From the IMG/VR virus record IMGVR_UViG_3300025872_000037, positions 1 through 64,000 of that record: 64,000 bases of DNA; one strand, 5' to 3'. Position numbers and translations under genes: made by a program. Origin of the DNA: a virus. Positions 55,833-64,000 of the stretch are shown one piece after another. Within the stretch, counting starts at the first letter, position 1. Each line of letters starts with the position of its first letter. Below the pieces are notes generated by a model. It did no database searches and was not told the origin of the DNA. It saw only the letters and a list, made by a program, of their open reading frames with translations.

Positions 55833-56135
55833 ATGTCATCACGGAAAGCAGAAGCAGTCGTAGATCAGCGCCTCGATCGCATCGAGTCTAAGATCGACAA
55901 GTTATCCGAGGCGATCGTCTCGATCGCGAGAGCAGAGGAGAAACTGATTCAACTTGAGAACGACAAGAAGTTCCTCATGGAACGCATGTTGAACATTGAG
56001 GAGAGAGTCGCAGATACAGAGAGAAGGACAGAGGAGCACAGTTCAGCAATTTCAATCATCCAACGTATTACCTGGATCGTGGTCTCAACAGTCGTTGCAG
56101 GCGCGGCCGGTGCATACATCCACTTCGGTAAATAA
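55833..56135 (+). CDS. Coiled-coil protein with C-terminal TM helix (XhlA/holin-like architecture)
   Basis: RLDRIESKIDKL..AIVSIARAEEK...WIVVSTVVAGAAGAYI. Confidence 0.6.
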   Translation: MSSRKAEAVVDQRLDRIESKIDKLSEAIVSIARAEEKLIQLENDKKFLMERMLNIEERVADTERRTEEHSSAISIIQRITWIVVSTVVAGAAGAYIHFGK

Positions 56136-56150
56136 GAAGAACCAACAATC

Positions 56151-58340
56151 ATGAAGTCAATCCTATCAGTCGCAGAGGCATACGCAAAGATGTCGGAGGA
56201 CTCCCAGAATCTGGCAGCCACCAACGCCGCACAGGCACAACAGAAGCAGGAGGATCAACCAGAGATTCCATCCTGGGTCCCTGGCAACATTCCTGGTGAA
56301 AAGAAGAAGGAATTCGCAGAGGCCGCCAAGAAGGCCTGGGAATCCGACAATACTCAGTTTGACTTCGACGGCCGTACCTACAAGATCACCGAGAAGCGTC
56401 ATGGCAATCAGGACAAGCTCGATGTCAATAACAACGGCAAGATCGACGCCGATGATCTCGCGGCTCTCCGTTCCGGTGAAAAAGAGGCAAACGAGGAACT
56501 CGTCGGAAACCAGCACAAGCTTGATGTCAACAAGAATGGAAAGATTGACGGAGATGATCTGGCTGCCCTGCGCGCCGGTAAGAAACCGACGAATGAGCAC
56601 CACTTCGAGAACGAGACGGAGACTCCTGGTCAGACCCAATATCCTGGATCTGATATGAAAGATACCAATGGAAACGGCGAGATCGACGGAGAAGACAAGG
56701 CCGAGATGCCAGACAAAGAGGAAAACGACGAAGGCCTGGAGGAGAGTGTCCGCCTGAAGAAGTCACAGGATATGCTGAAGGTCGCCCATGGCGCAATGTC
56801 CCGTGACGAGTACAAGAAGAAGTGGGCACATCTCAAGAAGCCAAAGAACAAGCTCGCTGGCCCTGGCGGTCTGTACAAGAACCTTGTCAAGGAAGGCGAA
56901 GAAAACCCAACCGACAAGCTCACTATCGACGTTCCTGCAATGATCCGCGCTCTGGAGAAATCCCGCGAGGACTTCAAGTCTGATGCCGACATCCATAATT
57001 TTGTTCAGGATCTTCTCAAGAAGAAAGACCAGGAAGTCAAGACAAATGACCTGCCAGGTGAGCCAGTCAAGGAAGCCCTGGATCCAAAAGCCGATGCAGG
57101 AGAATGGATCAGCGACTTCGTGCACAGCACGAATCCAAAGTTCGATGGTAAGTCACCAGAAAAACGCAAGGAGATGGCCCTGGCCGCTTACTACCAGGCG
57201 CGCCGTGATGCCGGCCTCAAGGAAGAGGTCATGACTGAGGCAACTGCCACGGATCTCAGCAAGAAAGCACACGCCCTCTCGGCTGCAGCAAACACAGCGA
57301 AGGATCACAAGGCCGCTGCAAATGCTCACTATAAGGCAGCCGAGGCATTACGCCGCCACACGACTGCCAATGCCGCAAAGACAGGAGCGAAGGCAGACGC
57401 TGCTCACGATGCTGCACTTAAACACGAAGAACTCGGTGACAAACACCTCGAAAAAGCTATGACAAAGAAAGAATCAACACAGATTAACGAGAACGTCGCC
57501 GGTGACGCCCGCGCGGTCGACTTGACCACAGCGGCAAATCAGGCCTCTGCTCTGGCTCACTCGACTCCATCAGAGGCTGGAGCCCTGGCGCATCACGATG
57601 CCGCCACGAAGGCGCATCAACATGCTGCCGATCACTACCGCGTCTATGCTCACCATGCCGGAGATCCTGAGCTTCGTCGCGCAGCTGAGATTCACCACAA
57701 GTTCCATACGGATATGGCTCAGCATCATACCCTGAAGGGCGTCAGCCTGAGCATGGACGACAAACCGGCAAACAACGTGAATCGTTATGCTTCCGGACAT
57801 GTTGAGGAAAGCACAGCCGTCAACGAAGCATTGGCCCATGACGAAAACATCAGCAAGAAGGCACACGACCTCTCTGCAGTAGCAAAGAAGTCAAACACTC
57901 CTAGCGATCACCTCGAGGCAATGAAGGCACACAATACTGCTCAACTTCATCATGCCAAGCTCTATCACAGCGCTGCACAAAAGAAGGATTCAGCAGCAAA
58001 GGATGTTCACGCTAAAGCATATCACGACCATAAGATGGCAGCCGATCTTCACCATGATACAGCACAATTCATTGCTGTTACAAAGGGCAGCGTCAAGGAA
58101 GGTACTGCTGCTGATGCCAAAGGCGGCCCTGAGGTCATGGACGTTGCTACCAAGAAGATGAAGGATGAGGCAGATAAGAACGTCAAGGCTGAGGAAGCAC
58201 CTTATACCAACAAGGCAGACGGATCAGAGGAAGTTACTCCTGCTGAAAAGCCAAAGGCCAATCCTTCTCCAATGCCAACTCTGACCAAGGAACAAGCACT
58301 GCGTTCTGTCGCTGATGCATACGTTGCAATGCAGAAATAA
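56151..58340 (+). CDS. Modular protein with EF-hand-like repeats and His/Ala-rich helices, probable internal head polyprotein
   Basis: DVNNNGKIDADD, DVNKNGKIDGDD and DTNGNGEIDGED; WISDFVHS.NPKFDGKS.EKR..MALAAYY module; repeated xxE junctions. Confidence 0.7.
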   Translation: MKSILSVAEAYAKMSEDSQNLAATNAAQAQQKQEDQPEIPSWVPGNIPGEKKKEFAEAAKKAWESDNTQFDFDGRTYKITEKRHGNQDKLDVNNNGKIDADDLAALRSGEKEANEELVGNQHKLDVNKNGKIDGDDLAALRAGKKPTNEHHFENETETPGQTQYPGSDMKDTNGNGEIDGEDKAEMPDKEENDEGLEESVRLKKSQDMLKVAHGAMSRDEYKKKWAHLKKPKNKLAGPGGLYKNLVKEGEENPTDKLTIDVPAMIRALEKSREDFKSDADIHNFVQDLLKKKDQEVKTNDLPGEPVKEALDPKADAGEWISDFVHSTNPKFDGKSPEKRKEMALAAYYQARRDAGLKEEVMTEATATDLSKKAHALSAAANTAKDHKAAANAHYKAAEALRRHTTANAAKTGAKADAAHDAALKHEELGDKHLEKAMTKKESTQINENVAGDARAVDLTTAANQASALAHSTPSEAGALAHHDAATKAHQHAADHYRVYAHHAGDPELRRAAEIHHKFHTDMAQHHTLKGVSLSMDDKPANNVNRYASGHVEESTAVNEALAHDENISKKAHDLSAVAKKSNTPSDHLEAMKAHNTAQLHHAKLYHSAAQKKDSAAKDVHAKAYHDHKMAADLHHDTAQFIAVTKGSVKEGTAADAKGGPEVMDVATKKMKDEADKNVKAEEAPYTNKADGSEEVTPAEKPKANPSPMPTLTKEQALRSVADAYVAMQK

Positions 58341-58356
58341 TTAACCACCATTCGTC

Positions 58357-58692
58357 ATGGCCTCACTATTCGATAAAATCAAACGAGCCCTAGGCTTCTA
58401 TCCTGAGGTCAACTACGGCTCATTCTACAAGATCGAGGAGAAGACAGGTGAACCTATCAAGGTCACCTATTCTCCTGCTCCAGCTCCGGTTGATCCTCCT
58501 CCAGCCCCAGAGCCAGAGATTCCAGAATCTTTGAGCTCGCAGGAGGCTGCAGTCGACACGAAGGATGATGGCATCGATCTGACGGCCATGACGAAGGCTG
58601 AACTGATTCAGTTTGGCACCGAGAGAGGCATCTCTGTCAATTCCAGGATGAAGAAGCAGGAGATCATCGACGCCATTAATTCTAAACTTTAA
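58357..58692 (+). CDS. Protein with Pro-rich linker and Rho-N/HeH-like nucleic-acid-binding domain
   Basis: DLTAMTKAELIQFGTERGISVNSRMKKQEIIDAI. Confidence 0.7.
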   Translation: MASLFDKIKRALGFYPEVNYGSFYKIEEKTGEPIKVTYSPAPAPVDPPPAPEPEIPESLSSQEAAVDTKDDGIDLTAMTKAELIQFGTERGISVNSRMKKQEIIDAINSKL

Positions 58693-58775
58693 TGGCTAAA
58701 AAAGCAAAAAAGTTTGTGGCCTACAAGCGCAGGCCATCAGGAAAGAACAAATATAAAGCTGGCAGATTCATTTAA
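58692..58775 (+). CDS. 27-aa basic peptide (not in ORF track)
   Basis: MAKKAKKFVAYKRRPSGKNKYKAGRFI; TAATG overlap with the upstream stop. Confidence 0.4.
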   Translation: MAKKAKKFVAYKRRPSGKNKYKAGRFI

Positions 58776-58807
58776 GTATTTCATAGCGGTACCTCATAAA
58801 TACCGCT

Positions 58808-59176
58808 ATGAAACTTTTTGATGAACTGACAGAGGATAATTTCACGCTCTTTGCAGCCAAGCACTACAGCAACCCGCAGTGCCTAGATATCGCCGAGTTC
58901 GAGGAGGATATTGCAAGATTTAAGTATGTCAAACGTCTCCTGAGACGGTATAATCAGTCAGGAGACCTGCAAGAAAGACTGATCTTAAATCACCTGATCA
59001 TCATCTCCAATGTCTTTGGAATCAGTGCAGCAAACAAGATGCTGTTCCACAAGATTGAAGAAGAGCTCTGGCCGGCACTCAAAACATTTTTAGTTTACCT
59101 CAACTATCTTCCAGAAAACGAAAAGGTTGAGATTCCACTCGACCAGAACATTGTCAAAGTCCTCAGAAGCATATGA
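58808..59176 (+). CDS. Conserved T4-like hypothetical protein
   Basis: NF.LFAAKHY.NPQC....EF.ED..RFKYVKRL...RLILNH; CATAAATA late-like box at 58795. Confidence 0.8.
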   Translation: MKLFDELTEDNFTLFAAKHYSNPQCLDIAEFEEDIARFKYVKRLLRRYNQSGDLQERLILNHLIIISNVFGISAANKMLFHKIEEELWPALKTFLVYLNYLPENEKVEIPLDQNIVKVLRSI

Positions 59177-59523
59177 ACCCCCAAGTCCTTCAATCACTCG
59201 CCTCTGCCTACTCAGAGGTAACAGAGGCCTATAATCTGAGCAAGGGCCACAAGGTGTATCACGATGCAGCATCCGCTGAGTTTGCCAAGCACTACGTGAA
59301 GGGTCACAAGGGAGAACACACTCCTGGTGCACCAACAGAGAAGCACGAGAAGGACTCCGAGGAATTTCACAATACGTACAGCTCACAGCATGTCCGTACC
59401 GGTTTCGGTGGTTCCGGAACATCCGTCTACACCCATAAACAGTCCGGGGATAAGTTCCAGGTTGTCCGCCGTGCAAATGGCCAGGGATTCGACGGTACCG
59501 ACCACAACATCACAAAACTGTGA
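59173..59523 (+). CDS. Hypothetical His-rich protein
   Basis: N-terminus LQSLASAYSEVTE resembles that of 56151 (ILSVAEAYAKMSE). Confidence 0.6.
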   Translation: MNPQVLQSLASAYSEVTEAYNLSKGHKVYHDAASAEFAKHYVKGHKGEHTPGAPTEKHEKDSEEFHNTYSSQHVRTGFGGSGTSVYTHKQSGDKFQVVRRANGQGFDGTDHNITKL

Positions 59524-59888
59524 TGAAAACGGTTCGGAAACTCCGTGAGGATGGAACTCCTGCAGGTGGAGCTCCTGGCATGTCTTCCCCGGCAAATGTT
59601 ACGGGAGATTCCCCGAACATGGCGATGCCACCATCAATGGTACCTGGGCCGGTGATTCGCCGCAAGTACCGCCAGTTTGACCTGGAACCAGAGACTTTTC
59701 GAAAGTTTGAGAAGGGAAAGATGAAGTTCGAGAGATGGTCCCGTTTCCTGGATCTCAGCAATGAGAACCATAAAGCCATCTACGATTACGCATACAGCAA
59801 TCGTGGCAGGGACCATACAATCGTCATTCGTGATAGCAACACCGGAGCACTTCGTGCGATTCGCCGCCGTCCACACAACGGCGAGTGA
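59520..59888 (+). CDS. Conserved T4-like hypothetical protein
   Basis: F...GK.KFERWSRFLD...I..YA...IVIRDS.TGALRAIR. Confidence 0.7.
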   Translation: MMKTVRKLREDGTPAGGAPGMSSPANVTGDSPNMAMPPSMVPGPVIRRKYRQFDLEPETFRKFEKGKMKFERWSRFLDLSNENHKAIYDYAYSNRGRDHTIVIRDSNTGALRAIRRRPHNGE

Positions 59889-60026
59889 ACGATGTAAAAG
59901 TGCCCAGGTATAGATAAGGTCACTGATTTTTTCAGGCCGTAAGTCACTTTACGGTTTACATCTGACGCACTGTGCAGTACAGTGTTGGTCGGCTAAATTT
60001 ATTCATTCTGCGCGTATCCTACCACT

Positions 60027-61001
60027 ATGATCTTCGAGGAACAGATCTCTCGTAAACCTGACCATTATCCATGGACTGAAGAGTTCATCACAGCCATGCA
60101 CAACGGCTTCTGGACCGACAAGGAGTTTAATTTCCAGAGTGATGTGCAGGACTTCAAGACGGAACTCACCCCTCAGGAACGAGAGATGATCTCCCGATGC
60201 CTCTCGGCGATCGGCCAGATCGAGGTCGCGGTCAAGACATTCTGGGCAAAGCTCGGAGAGAACCTTCCTCACCCTTCCATCACAGACCTGGGCTACGTGA
60301 TGGCCAACGTCGAGGTGATCCACAACAATGCCTACGAGCGTCTTCTCCGAGTGCTGGAGATGGAGCACATCTTCGAGGAGAACCTAAAGCTAGACATCAT
60401 TCAGGGCCGTGTCCAGTACCTCCGCAAGTACCTCAAGAAGCACTACAAGGATGCCCGCAAGCAGTACGTCTATTCCTTGATCCTTTTCACCCTGTACGTG
60501 GAGAACGTGTCCCTGTTCAGCCAGTTCTACACCATCAATTGGTTCAACCGTTATCGGAACGTCCTGAAGGATACGGCACAGCAGGTCGCCTATACCTCCA
60601 AGGAAGAGCTGATCCATGCCTTAGTTGGCATCAAGCTCGTCAACACCATCCGCCAGGAACATCCTGAGCTGTTTGACGAGGAGCTCATCGAACGCATCCG
60701 CCATGAGTGCGAGGAGGCCTATAAGGCAGAGGCTCGCATCATTGACTGGTCGGTGAATGGCTATAAGGGAGACGGTCTCAACTCTGATATCCTGAAGGAA
60801 TTCATCAAGAACCGCCTGAATGATTCTTTGGTCCAGATCGGCATCAAGCCGGTCTTTGAGAACCTAGACCAGAAACTCCTGGAGCAGACGACATGGTTCG
60901 ATGAGGACGTGCTGGGCAATACCGCCACAGATTTCTTCTTCAAGCGGCCGGTGGAATACTCGAAGAAGTCCCAATCGTTCTCATCATCTGATCTTTTCTA
61001 A
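60027..61001 (+). CDS. nrdB: Ribonucleotide reductase beta subunit, class Id (NrdBi)-like
   Basis: AIGQIEVAVKTFW, EVIHNNAY, ENVSLFSQF, EELIH and C-terminal DFFFKRPVEY...DLF. Confidence 0.92.
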   Translation: MIFEEQISRKPDHYPWTEEFITAMHNGFWTDKEFNFQSDVQDFKTELTPQEREMISRCLSAIGQIEVAVKTFWAKLGENLPHPSITDLGYVMANVEVIHNNAYERLLRVLEMEHIFEENLKLDIIQGRVQYLRKYLKKHYKDARKQYVYSLILFTLYVENVSLFSQFYTINWFNRYRNVLKDTAQQVAYTSKEELIHALVGIKLVNTIRQEHPELFDEELIERIRHECEEAYKAEARIIDWSVNGYKGDGLNSDILKEFIKNRLNDSLVQIGIKPVFENLDQKLLEQTTWFDEDVLGNTATDFFFKRPVEYSKKSQSFSSSDLF

Positions 61002-61004
61002 ATC

Positions 61005-62654
61005 ATGAATCAACGTTACTATTGGCTCAACGAGGACTCGCGCCTCTTCCTGGAACGCGGTTACCTGGCCCAAGGTCAGACGCCTGAACAGCGAGTTCGC
61101 CAGATCGCAGAGGCCGCCGAGACGATCCTGAGAATCGATGGCTTTGCGAACAAGTTCGAGGACTACATGTCCCGTGGGTGGTACTCCCTGTCATCACCCA
61201 TCTGGGCAAACTTTGGAATCCAGCGTGGATTGCCAATCTCATGCTTCGGATCATACATCTGTGACAAGCTCGAGTGCATCCTTGAGAAGACCGCAGAGGT
61301 CGGAATGATGACGAAGATGGGTGGCGGCACATCTGCCTATTTTGGCGGCCTCCGTGCCCGTGGGTCAGATATCTCGACCGGAGGAAAGTCCTCTGGACCG
61401 GTCCACTTCATGGAGATGTTCGAGACCACGACCAACGTGGTGTCCCAGTCAAACGTGCGTCGTGGATCCTTTGCGGCCTATCTGCCAGTCGAGCACCCTG
61501 ATGTTCTCGAGTTCCTGCAGATTCGCAGTGAAGGCCATGCTATTCAGAACCTATCGATCGGCATCACGGTGACAGATGAATGGATGCGGTCAATGGTTGC
61601 CGGGGATGAAAGCAAGCGCAAGATCTGGGGCAAGATCATACAGAAACGATTTGAGTCTGGCTATCCATACATCCTCTTCACGGATGCGGTCAACGGAAAT
61701 GCTCCTCAGGTCTACAAGGACAAGGGCAAAAAGATCGTGGCCAGCAACCTTTGCTCTGAGATTGCACTCTCCTCGACCGAGGACGAATCGTTCGTCTGCA
61801 ATCTGTCCTCGATGAATCTCCTGCACTACGATGAGTGGAAGGATACTGATGCTCCAGAGGTCATGACCTATTTCCTCGATGCCGTGATGACCGAGTTTAT
61901 CCGCAAGGTCTCAGGAATGCCTTTTATGCAGGCACCATACCGTTTTGCAGTGAACCAGCGTGCTCTCGGAATCGGCGTGTTGGGCTGGCATTCTTACCTG
62001 CAGTCCAAGATGATTCCTTTCGAGTCGTTCGAGGCAAAGCTTCTCAACGTTCAGATCCACAAGCTCCTGCGCGACAAGACTCAGTCCGCCAGTCGAAAGA
62101 TGGCCACCGAGTACGGTGAACCGGAACTCCTCAGGGGATACGGTCTACGTAACGTCACGACGCTGGCGATTGCTCCTACCACATCCTCGAGCTTCATCCT
62201 GGGCCAGGTTTCTCCATCGATCGAGCCGCTCAATTCCAACTACTTCGTGAAGGATCTCTCCAAGGGTAAGTTCACCTACAAGAATCCTTACCTCGAGACG
62301 GTTCTGGAAAAGCACGGCAAGAACGACCGAAACACCTGGCAGACTATCCTCGTCAGAGGTGGATCCGTTCAACACCTCGACTTCCTCTCGGAAAACGAGA
62401 AGGACGTCTTCAAGACCTTCGGTGAGATCTCACAGAAAGAGATCGTCATTCAGGCCGCGGCTCGTCAGAAGTACATCGATCAGAGCCAGAGCCTGAACCT
62501 GATGATTCATCCGAAGACTTCCCCGAAAGACGTCAATCAACTTCTCATTTTTGCCTGGGAGCAGGGCGTCAAGAGCCTTTACTACCAGCGCGGAACCAAT
62601 CCTGCCCAGGAACTTGGGCGTAACCTGTTGCACTGTGCATCCTGCGAAGCATGA
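61005..62654 (+). CDS. nrdA: Ribonucleotide reductase alpha subunit (short, no ATP-cone)
   Basis: LPISCF, SNLCSEI, FVCNLSS, AIAPTTSSS, KSLYY and C-terminal CASCE. Confidence 0.96.
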   Translation: MNQRYYWLNEDSRLFLERGYLAQGQTPEQRVRQIAEAAETILRIDGFANKFEDYMSRGWYSLSSPIWANFGIQRGLPISCFGSYICDKLECILEKTAEVGMMTKMGGGTSAYFGGLRARGSDISTGGKSSGPVHFMEMFETTTNVVSQSNVRRGSFAAYLPVEHPDVLEFLQIRSEGHAIQNLSIGITVTDEWMRSMVAGDESKRKIWGKIIQKRFESGYPYILFTDAVNGNAPQVYKDKGKKIVASNLCSEIALSSTEDESFVCNLSSMNLLHYDEWKDTDAPEVMTYFLDAVMTEFIRKVSGMPFMQAPYRFAVNQRALGIGVLGWHSYLQSKMIPFESFEAKLLNVQIHKLLRDKTQSASRKMATEYGEPELLRGYGLRNVTTLAIAPTTSSSFILGQVSPSIEPLNSNYFVKDLSKGKFTYKNPYLETVLEKHGKNDRNTWQTILVRGGSVQHLDFLSENEKDVFKTFGEISQKEIVIQAAARQKYIDQSQSLNLMIHPKTSPKDVNQLLIFAWEQGVKSLYYQRGTNPAQELGRNLLHCASCEA

Positions 62655-62833
62655 AGATTGAAAAAGAATGCAATTGTTGCGGGGCTCTGTACTCCATACT
62701 CTTTACGGAGCTCCCGCAGGAACTTGATCCTGAATTTGAAGATCAGGAGATGGACGAGGAATCTGAGTTTTACCCAGAGTTCTGTCCTTTCTGTGGATCT
62801 CACGAATCTGACGAAGACGAGGACGAAGACTGA
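62651..62833 (+). CDS. Small acidic Zn-ribbon protein
   Basis: CNCCG...FCPFCG; commonly follows nrd genes. Confidence 0.65.
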   Translation: MKIEKECNCCGALYSILFTELPQELDPEFEDQEMDEESEFYPEFCPFCGSHESDEDEDED

Positions 62834-62844
62834 TACATAGTACC

Positions 62845-63261
62845 ATGTGGTACTATCGTGGTGAACTATTTGATCCAAAGCCAGAGGAACTTGATCCGAA
62901 GAAAACGATCGGATTCGTCTATCTCATCACGAACCTGGTGAATGGCCGGCTTTACGTCGGCAAGAAACTCTTTTTCTCCTCGAAGAGCAAGCAGGTCAAG
63001 GGAAAGAAAAAGAAGTTCAAGGCTGAGTCTGACTGGAGATCCTACTACGGATCGAACGCTGCGATTCAGGAGGACGTCAAGGATCTGGGTCCTGGTAGCT
63101 TCAAGAGGGAGATCCTTTACCTCTGCTCCTCGAAGTCTGAGTGTTCCTATTGGGAGGCCTACGAGCAGTTCACCCGTAAGGCCATCCTGGACCAGAAGTA
63201 CTACAACGACTGGCTGACCTGTAAGATCACCAGGAAGCACCTCAAAAATCTGCAATTTTGA
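62845..63261 (+). CDS. Short GIY-YIG endonuclease
   Basis: GFVYLITNLVNGRLYVGKK, ESDWRSYYGS and YYND. Confidence 0.85.
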   Translation: MWYYRGELFDPKPEELDPKKTIGFVYLITNLVNGRLYVGKKLFFSSKSKQVKGKKKKFKAESDWRSYYGSNAAIQEDVKDLGPGSFKREILYLCSSKSECSYWEAYEQFTRKAILDQKYYNDWLTCKITRKHLKNLQF

Positions 63262-63301
63262 TGTTTACATCTGCCCTCTCCTGGGGTAGTATGTCTGGAC
63301 A

Positions 63302-64000
63302 ATGATCATCGTAGATTACTCTGGCGTGGCCATCGCTAACCTGTTTGCCATGCGTATCTCGGTCTCCGAGGGATTAGTTCGTCATTGCATCCTGAACTCC
63401 CTGAGACTTTACAATGCGAAGTACCGTCGGGAATACGGCCAGATGGTTCTGGCCTGTGACGGCGGTGGCACCTGGCGTCGCGAGATGTTCCCTCAGTACA
63501 AGGCTTCCCGCAAGGCCGCCCGTGAGTCGGGGGACATCGACTGGAAGGAATTCTTCCGGATCCTCGGCAATGTTCGAGACGAGATTCGCGAGAACCTCCC
63601 CTTCAAGGTCGTACACCTGCAGGGAGTCGAGGCCGATGACATCATCGCCACGCTCACCGATAGCACCCAGGAGTTTGGAAAGCATGAGCCGGTCATGATC
63701 ATTTCCTCCGATAAGGACTTCGTTCAGCTCCATCGGTACAAGAATGTTCGTCAGTACAGCCCGATGGCCAAGGAGTTCGTCAAGGAGAAGGATCCGGTTC
63801 GTTACCTGCAGGAGCACGTTCTGCGTGGCGATACTGGTGACGGTGTTCCGAATGTTCTTTCTCCGGATGATGTGTTTGTCTCCGGTGGCCGTCAGACACC
63901 TCTTCGTGCCAAACTCATGGATGAGTGGATCTCTAACTGGGATTCACTGCAGACCAAGATGACGGCTGAGCAATATCGCAATTTCCAGCGCAATCAAGCT
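63302..64000 (+). CDS. rnh: RNase H/5'-3' exonuclease (T4 rnh), 3'-truncated
   Basis: Read by hand from ATG 63302: MIIVDYSG, WRR..FPQYKASR, EADDIIA, ISSDKDFVQL and GDTGDGVPN. Confidence 0.93.
   Translation, partial: MIIVDYSGVAIANLFAMRISVSEGLVRHCILNSLRLYNAKYRREYGQMVLACDGGGTWRREMFPQYKASRKAARESGDIDWKEFFRILGNVRDEIRENLPFKVVHLQGVEADDIIATLTDSTQEFGKHEPVMIISSDKDFVQLHRYKNVRQYSPMAKEFVKEKDPVRYLQEHVLRGDTGDGVPNVLSPDDVFVSGGRQTPLRAKLMDEWISNWDSLQTKMTAEQYRNFQRNQA

Noticed and set aside
59936-59985. Two short inverted repeats (CCGTAA/TTACGG and CACTGT/ACAGTG) around the nrdB promoter as NrdR boxes
   Set aside because: They do not match the NrdR consensus and are short enough to be chance; an operator role cannot be supported.
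1782-63962. Numerous 60-260 aa antisense and alternate-frame ORFs in the track (e.g. 22060-22851, 25639-26337, 39580-40263, 52788-53426)
   Set aside because: They are shadows of strongly codon-biased genes on the other strand or frame, with no motifs or expression signals.
1-64000. tRNA, rRNA, introns, inteins, reverse transcriptase/DGR
   Set aside because: No cloverleaf was seen in the short intergenic gaps. gp17, gp41, gp43, nrdA and nrdB are uninterrupted and of normal or short length, and no RT motifs were seen. tRNAscan/Infernal were not run.
1-64000. Stop-codon reassignment
   Set aside because: Core genes are full length under the standard code, and TAA, TGA and TAG (gp17) all terminate genes at expected positions.

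Overview
This window is a 64-kb segment of a T4-like (Tevenvirinae/cyanomyovirus-type) myovirus genome, mostly about 50% GC by eye and read with the standard genetic code. From left to right it holds: (1) an AT-rich Gly-rich fibre module; (2) the neck, packaging, tail and head block gp13-gp23 plus gp3; (3) uvsY, a GIY-YIG homing endonuclease, uvsW, gp55, gp47 and gp46; (4) a VWA/MoxR (CobT/CobS-like) pair; (5) gp45, dsbA, gp44, gp62, regA, hsp20 and gp43; (6) a DNA-modification island; (7) uvsX, gp40, gp41, small early genes and thyX; (8) a late region of probable capsid-packaged proteins; (9) nrdB, nrdA and a partial rnh. The strongest candidate for an undescribed system is the island between gp43 and uvsX (32032-39509), the slot where T4 keeps gp42 and beta-gt. 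It combines a cytosine-type dCMP hydroxymethylase with enzymes known from thymidine hypermodification (an amino-acid:DNA-transferase-like protein and a PLP enzyme). It also carries an SGNH-fold protein, a SMUG-like glycosylase, MazG, Nmad1, an AEP-like protein and a PD-(D/E)XK-like nuclease, while no canonical glucosyltransferase or hmU-DNA kinase is recognisable in the window. This suggests amino-acid-derived hypermodification of 5hmC. Other notable features are a ROSE-like RNA thermometer before hsp20, repeated IHF-box leaderless early promoters, enzymes and polyproteins with T4-like capsid-targeting N-termini, and a class Id-like ribonucleotide reductase. All family assignments come from motif recognition by eye; no database searches were run.
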